Below, piece by piece: positions 49,670 to 58,753 of a stretch of DNA of 64,000 bases; position 1 is the stretch's first letter; every line of letters begins with the position of its first letter. The stretch lies in assembly GCA_024642625.1 (NCBI GenBank), contig JAHEAU010000001.1, forward strand, positions 61 through 64,060. Direction: 5' to 3'. Both the position numbers and the translations under genes were made by a program. The stretch is from Lewinellaceae bacterium (GTDB lineage: Bacteria; Bacteroidota; Bacteroidia; Chitinophagales; Saprospiraceae). Below the pieces are notes generated by a model. The model did not search any database, was not told the DNA's origin, and was given only the letters and a program-made list of their open reading frames with translations.

Positions 49670-49726
49670 GCCATCGGTTTTTGTTGGGAACACCAAAGAT
49701 AGGAGAAAAAACAGGCTACACGTTGT

Positions 49727-50173
49727 TCATGGTATTGCAACCTCCTCAAGAGCAACTTTTAAGCGGCCCATATTGCGCTTATGACGATTTTGAATAAGGT
49801 TTGAGAGGAAGGGCAAACACAATGAACCGAGGATATTGTTAGGTCGGACCAATATTTTGCTATTCAATATTGAACCTCGCTCTTCTAATGATTTGAGGTT
49901 GAATTTTCGATCAATCGAATAAAGAAAACAAGACCATGAGGTCATTAGTGAAGTATCATCCTCAAAACTTGAGATTTGTTGATTCAAGCGAAATGTATAT
50001 GATCCGACAGATAAATAGATCAAACTGGTCGAGCCCAGTTCCCCCTCTTCACCAATGAGTGGTTCAAATCGTTGAAACTCAGACAGCCAAAGGGGAAGAT
50101 TTTCCCATTCATACAAGAAGGCAAATATTTCCGACGGAGGTTTTCCGATTTCCTGACTTGAGGAACATTCCAT
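49727..50173 (-). CDS. hypothetical protein, possibly SRPBCC/START-like
   Basis: About 148 aa. The N-terminal pattern PPSEIFAFLYEWENLPLW resembles SRPBCC ligand-binding proteins. The call is weak and the start is uncertain (frame open to 50200). Confidence 0.35.
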   Translation of the reverse strand: MECSSSQEIGKPPSEIFAFLYEWENLPLWLSEFQRFEPLIGEEGELGSTSLIYLSVGSYTFRLNQQISSFEDDTSLMTSWSCFLYSIDRKFNLKSLEERGSILNSKILVRPNNILGSLCLPFLSNLIQNRHKRNMGRLKVALEEVAIP

Positions 50174-50248
50174 AATTAGAGGCAATGGCCAAACAATCAA
50201 AAATAATCAGAAAATCCGGATGTCCAAAATTCTCAAGGATACACGGAG

Positions 50249-51844
50249 TTAATCCACTTTTTCTGGATGATAGGAAGCTTTCTGAGGCCAGATAAAGGCA
50301 CGCTCTTCGTTTTCAGCGACTAGGTAATATTCTAATTTCTTTTCCGTCCCGGAAATAGAACACGAATACCTGTATTGCCCACCAGGTTTGGCAGGTGGGA
50401 ATCGTTCCAAGCCTGTCTTTTGATAAACATGGTTGCCCGTTGCTCTCCAATAGAGTGTGATTGTATCTGTATTAGTGGCTTGACATGAAAATTTAATTTC
50501 ACCCTCTTCAGATCGAATGGCTTTCGGTTTTTCCAAATCCGGGATGCCTCGGCTGAAGATCCAATGGTTTTTCAAGTACTCAATCCGACCGTTCATCAAT
50601 TCAGTAATTCCGATTGAGGATAGATTTTCAAATGAGACAGATGTCTTCCTGTTTTTTTCAAATAGATCAAACCCATACAATGGCATTTGTTCAGCCTGAA
50701 CAGCTGACCGGATGAGAGCGTGCCATTGGTCCATCAATTTGAGATATCGCCCATTGTAAAAGAAGTCATCCAGAATGGTTTGCATATGGGCGATATAGAT
50801 CTTTTCATAATGAGGATCCTTCAATAGTTGATGAATCAATGGGCGCTTTGGATTATTTGATTGTAAAAGTGGATCCATTTCGACCATCTGACCATTATCA
50901 AGAGGGCGTCCTTCTACACGATTGAAACCGCCAAACGACAGATTGAGATCCCAAATCAATGGAACAAACCGAGTATCCTTTCGCTGGTACAAAAAATAAT
51001 TGTGACAGAGTTGCCCAGTGTAACTATCCAGATTGACTAGGACATTGTTGAAGGCCAACATCCACAGCGTCAAATCAATATCCAGAATGCTATCCAAAGG
51101 TACTTTAGGGTGATTTAATTGATTGACCAAAAAAATCAATTGCTCCCAACCTTCATCTGATTTAAGTTCATATCGCCCCTCATAACATTGGACATCGGAA
51201 CCTAAATCTTCCAGACTGCAATTTTCTCCTGTACGGCATTTATCAGACTTAACAATGTCATCCCAATCCGGATCACATTTGAAAAAGACACCTTTTTTCT
51301 CGTCAAACCAATTGTCAAGGAACTGTTTGTCTATATCCTGGGTCAGTGTGTAGACGCCAAAATATTCATTGTTAATATATACTCTGGCCATCGCACACTC
51401 TGGTGCAGGCATATATTCTCTGGCGATGTAATAGGATAGCACATCGCGCAAATAACTGGGATCTCGGAATCCATTTGAAAGCTTTAGGTGTTTGTAACCT
51501 ACAGGAAAAACTGCATCATCAATAAATTCACTTGCATCGAGACTGAAGGGTAGCTTTCGACTGCCCTCCTCCTTTACATTGTTAAATGAACTATTGCCTT
51601 TAAACCGGATACCTACGCTGTCCAACTTGACATTGTCAAACCAGATAGTGGCTGAAATTTTGTCTCGTCTATCTTTGGATTTATAATATTTCAGCTTGTT
51701 CTCCCAGTGCTTGTCATCAAATTGAATCCGAAGCTCATACAAATGAAAAGGATCTAACCCCACAACAGGCTGTTCGGCTCTGGCGGTAGGGATTGTGATC
51801 AGATTAATGATCAGGCACCAAGTCAAGAGAAGAAACCCCTTCAT
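50249..51844 (-). CDS. secreted CotH-family (atypical kinase) protein
   Basis: 531 aa with a signal peptide. CotH-type segments are SYLRDVLSYYIAREYMPAPECAMARVYINNEYFGVYTLTQDIDKQFL, HNYFLYQ and WDLNLSFGGF. The start codon overlaps the stop of the upstream paralog (TAATG). Confidence 0.8.
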   Translation of the reverse strand: MKGFLLLTWCLIINLITIPTARAEQPVVGLDPFHLYELRIQFDDKHWENKLKYYKSKDRRDKISATIWFDNVKLDSVGIRFKGNSSFNNVKEEGSRKLPFSLDASEFIDDAVFPVGYKHLKLSNGFRDPSYLRDVLSYYIAREYMPAPECAMARVYINNEYFGVYTLTQDIDKQFLDNWFDEKKGVFFKCDPDWDDIVKSDKCRTGENCSLEDLGSDVQCYEGRYELKSDEGWEQLIFLVNQLNHPKVPLDSILDIDLTLWMLAFNNVLVNLDSYTGQLCHNYFLYQRKDTRFVPLIWDLNLSFGGFNRVEGRPLDNGQMVEMDPLLQSNNPKRPLIHQLLKDPHYEKIYIAHMQTILDDFFYNGRYLKLMDQWHALIRSAVQAEQMPLYGFDLFEKNRKTSVSFENLSSIGITELMNGRIEYLKNHWIFSRGIPDLEKPKAIRSEEGEIKFSCQATNTDTITLYWRATGNHVYQKTGLERFPPAKPGGQYRYSCSISGTEKKLEYYLVAENEERAFIWPQKASYHPEKVD

Positions 51845-53451
51845 TAATTGAGTTCTTCCAGGGTAATAGTCAACGGTTGTTGTCTATAGGATTTGGGATA
51901 AAATGCGACAGCGGCAGTGTTCTCAGCGACGATATAATACTGCAGCGTTTTTTCACCTTCCGAAGGTTTAATTTTGGTTACAAAGCGCCCCTCACCATTT
52001 CCGAGCTTGTCATCAGGTTTGGGTTCCATCAAAATAGAGTCAAAGGCTTTATTATCCGCAAAACGATAATACAAGTGAACTCGTTTTGGAATTTTTCCAG
52101 CAATCACGGTTATTGTAAAGCTATTCAGCTGGGCTGTTTCATTCTCCTTGCGCTTGAGAACATCGACAGAAATAACCTCTGGCTCAACGACTGTAAAATC
52201 GTCCAACCGTTTGAGGTAATTCACCCGATCCTCCATAAATTGAGCTAATCCTGGAATTTTACTTCGGGTACCTACAGTTTTATCCAGGCTCTCATTAAAT
52301 TCGTCCATTGTATAGTAGCCATTCTTCTCCTGACTGACCGCAGGCTTAATGCGTGTCATTACAGCTTCACACTCTTTCCTGAACGAATCCCGGCGGAACT
52401 TTTCCTGCATCAACTGGCGCATATGGCTGACATAAACCTTCCTGTAAAATTCATCAGCAAGGAGTTGACGAATCAACGGTTTTGTTAGATTATTTGCATT
52501 GAGAAATGGGTCAAGTTCAGTCATTTCCTTGATGCTCAAATCTGAACCTTGACCAGTGTTCTTGAAACTGCCAAATGCAAGATTCAAATCCCAAATTACA
52601 GGACTGAATAGTCCGTTCTGGCCACGATATAGGTAGTAATTATGGCTGTGTTGGCCAGAATAGCTGCTCAGGTTTGCTGTCATATTATTAAAGGCGTGCA
52701 TCCATAAAGTGGCATCGACATCCAAAACAGAGGCAATTTTTGTCGGTTCCTGTTCCAGAATTCGACACAATTCTATCAGATTCTGCCACCCATCGCCTTC
52801 CTTCAACCGATAATTGTAGAGGTAACAGTTGGCATCTTCTTCAAATTCTAAATTGCCAAATGTGTTTTTCTTGCAATTTTCAGGGCCTTTGTCAATATCC
52901 AAATCAGGGCTGCACTTAAACAGCGAGGTCCATGCTCCACTCATTCTGCGTTTCAGGAAGTCCGCATCAACTGGTTCAATATTGACATAGATGCCCGCAT
53001 ATTCATTGTTTACATAGAGCTTTACGAAATTAGCTTCAGGGGCTGACATGTAAGAGCGCGCGATAGCGAAACCAAGGTATTCTCGCAAGTAACTTGGATC
53101 ACGCAACGTATTCGACAATGTGAAGGACTTATAACCCTGATGATTCTGGTCTGGATGGATATAGTTGAGCTCAATTTGGTAAGGGTTTTTGTCTCCTTCG
53201 TAGGTATAGGAGGTCTGTCCGCGGTATCTGATTCCGACGTTTGGGTACTTGACCCCATCGATCTCAGCTGCCCCAACAATCATTCCTTCCCCATATATTT
53301 TCATGGAATCAAGCACCTGGGCCCAGTTGGACTGGCGGATGGTAAGCCTCATTTCAGGAATATGGTCGGTACCAAAAACTGGTTTTACGTTTTGGGCGTG
53401 TGTTTGGCCGAATGACAATAGAACAACTAACAGCAGACAATATTTTGTCAT
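51844..53451 (-). CDS. secreted CotH-family (atypical kinase) protein
   Basis: Signal peptide MTKYCLLLVVLLSFGQTHA (the frame is open to 53541). CotH-type segments are SYLREYLGFAIARSYMSAPEANFVKLYVNNEYAGIYVNIEPVDADFL, HNYYLYR and WDLNLAFGSF. Confidence 0.8.
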   Translation of the reverse strand: MTKYCLLLVVLLSFGQTHAQNVKPVFGTDHIPEMRLTIRQSNWAQVLDSMKIYGEGMIVGAAEIDGVKYPNVGIRYRGQTSYTYEGDKNPYQIELNYIHPDQNHQGYKSFTLSNTLRDPSYLREYLGFAIARSYMSAPEANFVKLYVNNEYAGIYVNIEPVDADFLKRRMSGAWTSLFKCSPDLDIDKGPENCKKNTFGNLEFEEDANCYLYNYRLKEGDGWQNLIELCRILEQEPTKIASVLDVDATLWMHAFNNMTANLSSYSGQHSHNYYLYRGQNGLFSPVIWDLNLAFGSFKNTGQGSDLSIKEMTELDPFLNANNLTKPLIRQLLADEFYRKVYVSHMRQLMQEKFRRDSFRKECEAVMTRIKPAVSQEKNGYYTMDEFNESLDKTVGTRSKIPGLAQFMEDRVNYLKRLDDFTVVEPEVISVDVLKRKENETAQLNSFTITVIAGKIPKRVHLYYRFADNKAFDSILMEPKPDDKLGNGEGRFVTKIKPSEGEKTLQYYIVAENTAAVAFYPKSYRQQPLTITLEELN

Positions 53452-53541
53452 TATAACGGACTTCAGGGTTTGACTTGACATAGTGTAACGTATAAGGCTT
53501 GAGTGTATTTGGTCAAAAAGTTGACTTATGCTGGACACCAT

Positions 53542-54075
53542 TTAATCTAAGATTCGTTGCAGATCAGAACCAGTTTGTTGCCTGATCTCTTCAAAATTAC
53601 CTGTTTTCTTGTTCTTGACAACTTGGTCCCAATCGAAATAGCGGCCATTCATCACAATGTAAACACCAGGATCCAGTGCTTGAGCAAAGGCCAGGGCACT
53701 ACCAAGATTGAAAAAGCCATCCGAAGAATTGCCAAAAGCATACGGAATCATTGCACCAGTTAACACAATGGTTTTACCAGGAATCCGGGCAAGGGCAAGA
53801 GCTTTTGCTGTTTCCACCATTCTGTCAGTGCCATGAGTGATAATGATTTCGGATGCTTGAGACTTCCGACAATTGTGAAGAATAATTTCCCGGTCAGAAT
53901 CCACCATTTCAAGACTGTCCACCATCATGAGGGTCTTGATATCAATATCCAGAGTACATCTGCCTCGGTCAAACATTTTTGGTAAATGGGTATCCTTGAA
54001 GAACAACTCACCTGTAATGAGATTGTACTCTTTATCAAACGTACCACCAGTAACGAAGATCTGGATCATGGACAA
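53542..54075 (-). CDS. single-domain asparaginase-like protein (N-terminal asparaginase domain only)
   Basis: 177 aa. VTGGTFDK and THGTDRM correspond to the TGGT and HGTD active-site motifs of L-asparaginases. The C-terminal domain of full-length enzymes is absent. Confidence 0.7.
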   Translation of the reverse strand: MSMIQIFVTGGTFDKEYNLITGELFFKDTHLPKMFDRGRCTLDIDIKTLMMVDSLEMVDSDREIILHNCRKSQASEIIITHGTDRMVETAKALALARIPGKTIVLTGAMIPYAFGNSSDGFFNLGSALAFAQALDPGVYIVMNGRYFDWDQVVKNKKTGNFEEIRQQTGSDLQRILD

Positions 54076-54121
54076 ATTGAATCAAATATCAGCCACGAAT
54101 ATAGGGATTGATTCCGGCTGG

Positions 54122-54592
54122 TTACACTACTTTATCTGCACAAGATGATGAAGCAAATGCATCGGGTTTCATTTTGAAGGCAAAGCCCATCCCCATAATA
54201 TAGCCCATTGCCTCTTTCAGTGCGAGATTGGATTTGAAATGAGGGTCTGTATTGATATCGGCATGCACTTCAAGTTCGACATGATATTGATCCAATAAAT
54301 CGCACAATTGATAAGCTATATCTACGGAACGAGCCACTTCAAGGATCATTCGTTCACGGATGCCCATGGTTTGACTCAGTTTTTCATTCCGGATAAACAT
54401 GAATCCGCCTTTGCCCAGACGGAGGAAAACGATGACGGTGGCAAATTCAACAACTTCTCCACGAATTTGAGAATCTGTGCCAATGCACACTTTTAGCCTG
54501 TTGCCCAGTTGATCTTCACGCTGAAGTGTCTTTTCTACAGCTTCTAACAAGGGTAAATCGATTCGATCTCCGTTTAGTCTTCGCCAGTACAT
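54122..54592 (-). CDS. YkuK/DUF458-like (RNase H-like fold) protein
   Basis: 156 aa. The segment VCIGTDSQ and the overall size match my recollection of the DUF458 family. This is not verified by search. Confidence 0.55.
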   Translation of the reverse strand: MYWRRLNGDRIDLPLLEAVEKTLQREDQLGNRLKVCIGTDSQIRGEVVEFATVIVFLRLGKGGFMFIRNEKLSQTMGIRERMILEVARSVDIAYQLCDLLDQYHVELEVHADINTDPHFKSNLALKEAMGYIMGMGFAFKMKPDAFASSSCADKVV

Positions 54593-54723
54593 ATTGAGGA
54601 AGTTTGCTGAAGATAGGAACTCTAATTCAACTTCCAGGTTAACTCAATGTCAAATTTTACTTGATTATCATGAGCAGCATAGGAGAAAGGCAGAATCAAA
54701 TCAGAAGACCAATTGCAGTGGGT

Positions 54724-55410
54724 TCAGATCGGAATTGTATCTACCCGCTTTAATTGACCTTCAGCACAATGCAGAATCGGGCTGGGAAACCGTTCAATTA
54801 GCCGGTAATCATGTGTTGCGAAAAGGACGGCTGTTTGACGGTGTCGTGCAAGATTGCGTATCAAACGGGTGATTTCATCACTGGTTTCTGGATCAAGATT
54901 ACCTGCTGGTTCATCAGCTAACAGAAGTTTAGGCTCATTCAATAATGCTCTTGCAATGGCTAAGCGCTGCTGTTCCCCACCGGATAATTCGGCTGGATAT
55001 CGAAAACCATAGGCTGACAACTGGGTTTCTTCAAGTACTTTTGAAATCCGGGCCAACCGCTCCTTTTGCGACCGCCAACCCGTTGATTGAAGGACAAAAT
55101 CCAAATTTTCAAAGACAGTCCGTTCGCGTAGCAGGAAAAAATCTTGAAAAATAATTCCCAGTTGACGACGGAGTTTGTGAATCTTTTTCCTGGGCAGGCC
55201 GATGAGGTTGAACCCTGCCAGTTGGACCGTTCCGCTTTCCCAGGGCCATTCTCCATATAATGCCTTGATCAATGAGGATTTGCCGGATCCCGTCTTGCCG
55301 ATCAGGTATAGAAATTCTCCTGGAACCATATCCAGATGAACATCATGCAGGATCGTTGCCCGACCTCGTATGATTTTGCCCTGATCAATATGTAAAACGC
55401 GTTCTTGCAT
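54724..55410 (-). CDS. ftsE: cell division ABC ATPase FtsE-like
   Basis: Walker [10 protein letters not shown], signature LSGGEQQR and Walker B LLLADEP. I set the start at the internal Met (MQERVLH); the frame is open to 55500. Confidence 0.8.
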   Translation of the reverse strand: MQERVLHIDQGKIIRGRATILHDVHLDMVPGEFLYLIGKTGSGKSSLIKALYGEWPWESGTVQLAGFNLIGLPRKKIHKLRRQLGIIFQDFFLLRERTVFENLDFVLQSTGWRSQKERLARISKVLEETQLSAYGFRYPAELSGGEQQRLAIARALLNEPKLLLADEPAGNLDPETSDEITRLIRNLARHRQTAVLFATHDYRLIERFPSPILHCAEGQLKRVDTIPI

Positions 55411-55484
55411 CCGGATGTATTGATAATAAAGGTAGGAAACATCTGTGCCTGAATGGTTGTTAGGAGGTGAAGCATGTGAATCCG

Positions 55485-55492
55485 TACATTTG
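55485..55492 (+). promoter_or_regulatory. candidate -7 promoter box (TAnnTTTG) for ccmE-ccmF
   Basis: TACATTTG lies 18 nt upstream of the ATG at 55511. The upstream TTG is not well spaced. Confidence 0.3.
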
Positions 55493-55510
55493 TAACTCAT
55501 TGCAAACAGA

Positions 55511-55903
55511 ATGAAAAAGATTTATATCATTGCAGGCGTCCTCATCTTGGTGGGGATTGGATTATTAATCTCTGCAGCTGGCGACATGAGTACCTATAGT
55601 ACGTTTCAACAAGCCGACAAGACAGGCTCTGATGTTAAAGTAGTCGGACACTTGGCGAAGGACAAAGAGATTTATTACAACCCGACTGAGGATGCCAATT
55701 ACTTCTCATTCTATGTTTCGGACCAGGATGGGGAGGTTAGGAAAGTTATTCTCCGCGGTGCCAAGCCACAAGATTTTGAATTATCCGAACAGATTGTGGT
55801 CACGGGGAAGATGAAAGGGCAGGAATTTCTTGCCTCCGAACTGCTTATGAAGTGCCCATCCAAATACAAGGACGAAGAAGTCTTCCTCCAAAAGGAAAGC
55901 TGA
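55511..55903 (+). CDS. ccmE: cytochrome c maturation heme chaperone CcmE, CxxxY variant
   Basis: 130 aa with an N-terminal TM anchor and an OB-fold pattern (VKVVGHL...FYVSDQDGEVRKVILRG...IVVTGKM). The C-terminal LMKCPSKY aligns with the canonical LAKHDENY. Confidence 0.8.
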   Translation: MKKIYIIAGVLILVGIGLLISAAGDMSTYSTFQQADKTGSDVKVVGHLAKDKEIYYNPTEDANYFSFYVSDQDGEVRKVILRGAKPQDFELSEQIVVTGKMKGQEFLASELLMKCPSKYKDEEVFLQKES

Positions 55904-55918
55904 TCCAGAATTACCAAC

Positions 55919-58753
55919 ATGCAGGAAATCAATTACTTTGGTGAACATCTGTGGCCTGGCAGATTAGGTCACCTGAGTATCATCATCTCGTTTGTATTTG
56001 CAATCGTAACGGCGATTGCGTACTATCGGCATACCCATGCAACCTCCGATTCAAATAGCTGGCTTCGTATGGGGCGAACAGCATTTATTATTCATGGAGG
56101 TGCGACATTTTTCGCAATCGGCACCTTGTTCTATATCATGATCAGCCGGTATTATGAATACCAATATGCCTGGGCACATGTATCGGATGACCTTCCTTTC
56201 GCTTATATCTTTTCTGCTTTCTGGGAAGATCAGCCCGGAAGTTTCCTCTTATGGGCATTCTGGCATATTATTTTAGGTTTTGTACTCCTTCGGAAAGCCG
56301 GTCAATGGGAAGCCCCTGTTTTGGTCGTCATAGCTGGCTTGCAGGCGTTCATTATTTCCATGTTATTGGGGCTTTATATTCTTCCTCATACTGATGTGAT
56401 CAAGATCGGATACAATCCATTCATGTTGCTGCGTGATACCATGGATGCACCCATTTTCTCGAATGCGGATTATCTCAAGTTGATTACAGGTAAAGGGCTC
56501 AATCCGCTCCTCCAGAATTATTGGAACACGATCCATCCTCCGACCCTGTTTCTTGGGTTTGCAAGTGTTTCTGTACCATTTGCATATGCCATGGCAGGCC
56601 TGATCAAACGGGATTACACATCCTGGATCAAACCGGTACTTCCATGGGCCCTATTTAGTGCATCTATATTGGGAATTGGTATACTCATGGGTTCAGCATG
56701 GGCGTATGAAGCACTTTCTTTTGGTGGTTACTGGGCCTGGGATCCAGTAGAGAACATGTCTCTGGTTCCCTGGATTGTATTAGTTGCAGGGATCCATACC
56801 AATTTAATAGCCCGACACACAGGGCATTCCATGCGCAGTACCATGGTTTTCTATGCTTTGGCATTATTGATGGTCCTTTTTTCCACATTTCTGACGAGAA
56901 GTGGTGTCTTGCAAGATTCTTCAGTGCATGCTTTTACAGAGCTCGGACTGGAATGGCAACTGGTTTTATTTATCCTGTTTTTCGGAGGTTGGTTTTGTTT
57001 GACGTATTTCAGCAGATATCGAGCGATTCCGATTAAAGTGGAAGAGGAACCAACATCAAGTCGTGAATTCTGGATGTTCATTGGCAGTCTGGTCTTACTG
57101 TTTTCGGCTATCCTGATCACATTTACAACTGCGATACCTGTCTACAACAAATTGGCTGACGGTCTGGGCTGGATCATTGGGCAGGACTTGTCCATTTGGC
57201 ATCGGTCCATGCCTGTTGACCCGATTACACATTATAATCGATACCAATTCTGGATTGCCGTATTCATCGCTGTACTCAGTGGATTTACATTGTTCCTTAG
57301 ATATGGTCGTGCACTCTTGCCAGGTGGTCTGAAAATACTTCTGACCCGAGCATACTTGCAAGTGGGTCTTGCTGGTGTGATGACATTTTTAACCTGGTGG
57401 TGGTTGTCCTATACCGGTTGGGCCTACCATATTCTGGTGTTGACAAGTTGGTTCGGCGTTATTGCAAACCTTGATTATTTGCTATTTGTACTTCGGGGTC
57501 GACTCAAGCAAGGCGCTTCTACCCTCTCGCATTTGGGATTTGGTTTAATGATTATCGGGATCGTCGCTTCTGGATTGAAAAAGCAACATATCTCTGAAAA
57601 TCGTTTTGCGATGGAGGGCCTGTTAAGTGCGGAGATGATTGATCGCAATGTGCTGTTATTCAAGGATGCTCCAATGTTTATCAAGGGTTATGAAGTCACT
57701 TATTTGGGAGATACATTGGTGGGGCACACACGGACCTACGAAATCGATTATATCCAACGAGACGAATCCGGCCAAATCGTGGATGAATTCACAGTCCATC
57801 CCAATATCCTTTTCGACAAGGAATTCAAGAAACAAGCCGCCTCCAATCCAAGTACAAAACGGTATTTGACCAGGGATGTTTTTTCGCATATCGCCGGATT
57901 GCCCAACGAACACGCAGATATTGATCGTGCTAAAGTGAAGGAGGACAGCTTGCGTTATCAGCGGATGTTAGTCCGATTGGATTCCACGTACAAACTGGGT
58001 GAAATGACCATTACGATGCTCGGATGGTCAGATTCAGTTACGCATCCAGACTATGAGCCAGAAGCTGGTGACCAGCTTGTTTCAGCCCGAATCGGATTAC
58101 ATAATTCAGACTTGGATTCCACATTCATTTGTTCACCGCTTATAGTTCTTCGCGATAATCTGGTGTATTCTTTTCCAGCAAAAGTCGACAGGATGGGTGC
58201 CAAGGTGCGTTTGAATGATGCCGTTTTTAGTGGCTATCTGACGCCAGATGATTCCTTGTTCTACCGTCCCGTTGAATTGGCTCAGGGTGAGTCTTTTGAT
58301 TTTGCCGGTTACACCATTACGTTAACTGGATTTGACAAGTCTCCTATCCATCGACAATTTGAGGTTCAGGAAGGCGATATTGCAGTGGCTGCAAATCTTG
58401 AAATCAATATAACTGGAAAGAGGGAATACACAGAATTGGAATCCCCAATTTTCTTGATCAGGGAAAATAAACCCTATAATATCAAGAGCTATTCTCCGAC
58501 TACAGGTATCCATACCAGGTTTGTGAAATTGAACCCGGAAACAGGAAAAGTGACTATATGGGTTGCTCAACAGCCTGGATTTGACGGTTTGCCTATCGAG
58601 ATAGCAGATAATTTTGAACGTGAGGATTACATCGTTCTGGAAACCATCCTCTTTCCAGGTATTAACCTATTCTGGCTAGGTGGTCTACTATTGATGATTG
58701 GCCTGGGTATAGGTGCATGGAACCGCCGTTCTCCTAAATGGTCATCAGATTGA
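55919..58753 (+). CDS. ccmF: cytochrome c-type biogenesis protein CcmF with an enlarged periplasmic domain
   Basis: 944 aa and polytopic. The WWD motif WAYEALSFGGYWAWDPVENMSLVPW matches CcmF. About 350 aa of soluble region precedes the last TM helix. Confidence 0.85.
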   Translation: MQEINYFGEHLWPGRLGHLSIIISFVFAIVTAIAYYRHTHATSDSNSWLRMGRTAFIIHGGATFFAIGTLFYIMISRYYEYQYAWAHVSDDLPFAYIFSAFWEDQPGSFLLWAFWHIILGFVLLRKAGQWEAPVLVVIAGLQAFIISMLLGLYILPHTDVIKIGYNPFMLLRDTMDAPIFSNADYLKLITGKGLNPLLQNYWNTIHPPTLFLGFASVSVPFAYAMAGLIKRDYTSWIKPVLPWALFSASILGIGILMGSAWAYEALSFGGYWAWDPVENMSLVPWIVLVAGIHTNLIARHTGHSMRSTMVFYALALLMVLFSTFLTRSGVLQDSSVHAFTELGLEWQLVLFILFFGGWFCLTYFSRYRAIPIKVEEEPTSSREFWMFIGSLVLLFSAILITFTTAIPVYNKLADGLGWIIGQDLSIWHRSMPVDPITHYNRYQFWIAVFIAVLSGFTLFLRYGRALLPGGLKILLTRAYLQVGLAGVMTFLTWWWLSYTGWAYHILVLTSWFGVIANLDYLLFVLRGRLKQGASTLSHLGFGLMIIGIVASGLKKQHISENRFAMEGLLSAEMIDRNVLLFKDAPMFIKGYEVTYLGDTLVGHTRTYEIDYIQRDESGQIVDEFTVHPNILFDKEFKKQAASNPSTKRYLTRDVFSHIAGLPNEHADIDRAKVKEDSLRYQRMLVRLDSTYKLGEMTITMLGWSDSVTHPDYEPEAGDQLVSARIGLHNSDLDSTFICSPLIVLRDNLVYSFPAKVDRMGAKVRLNDAVFSGYLTPDDSLFYRPVELAQGESFDFAGYTITLTGFDKSPIHRQFEVQEGDIAVAANLEINITGKREYTELESPIFLIRENKPYNIKSYSPTTGIHTRFVKLNPETGKVTIWVAQQPGFDGLPIEIADNFEREDYIVLETILFPGINLFWLGGLLLMIGLGIGAWNRRSPKWSSD

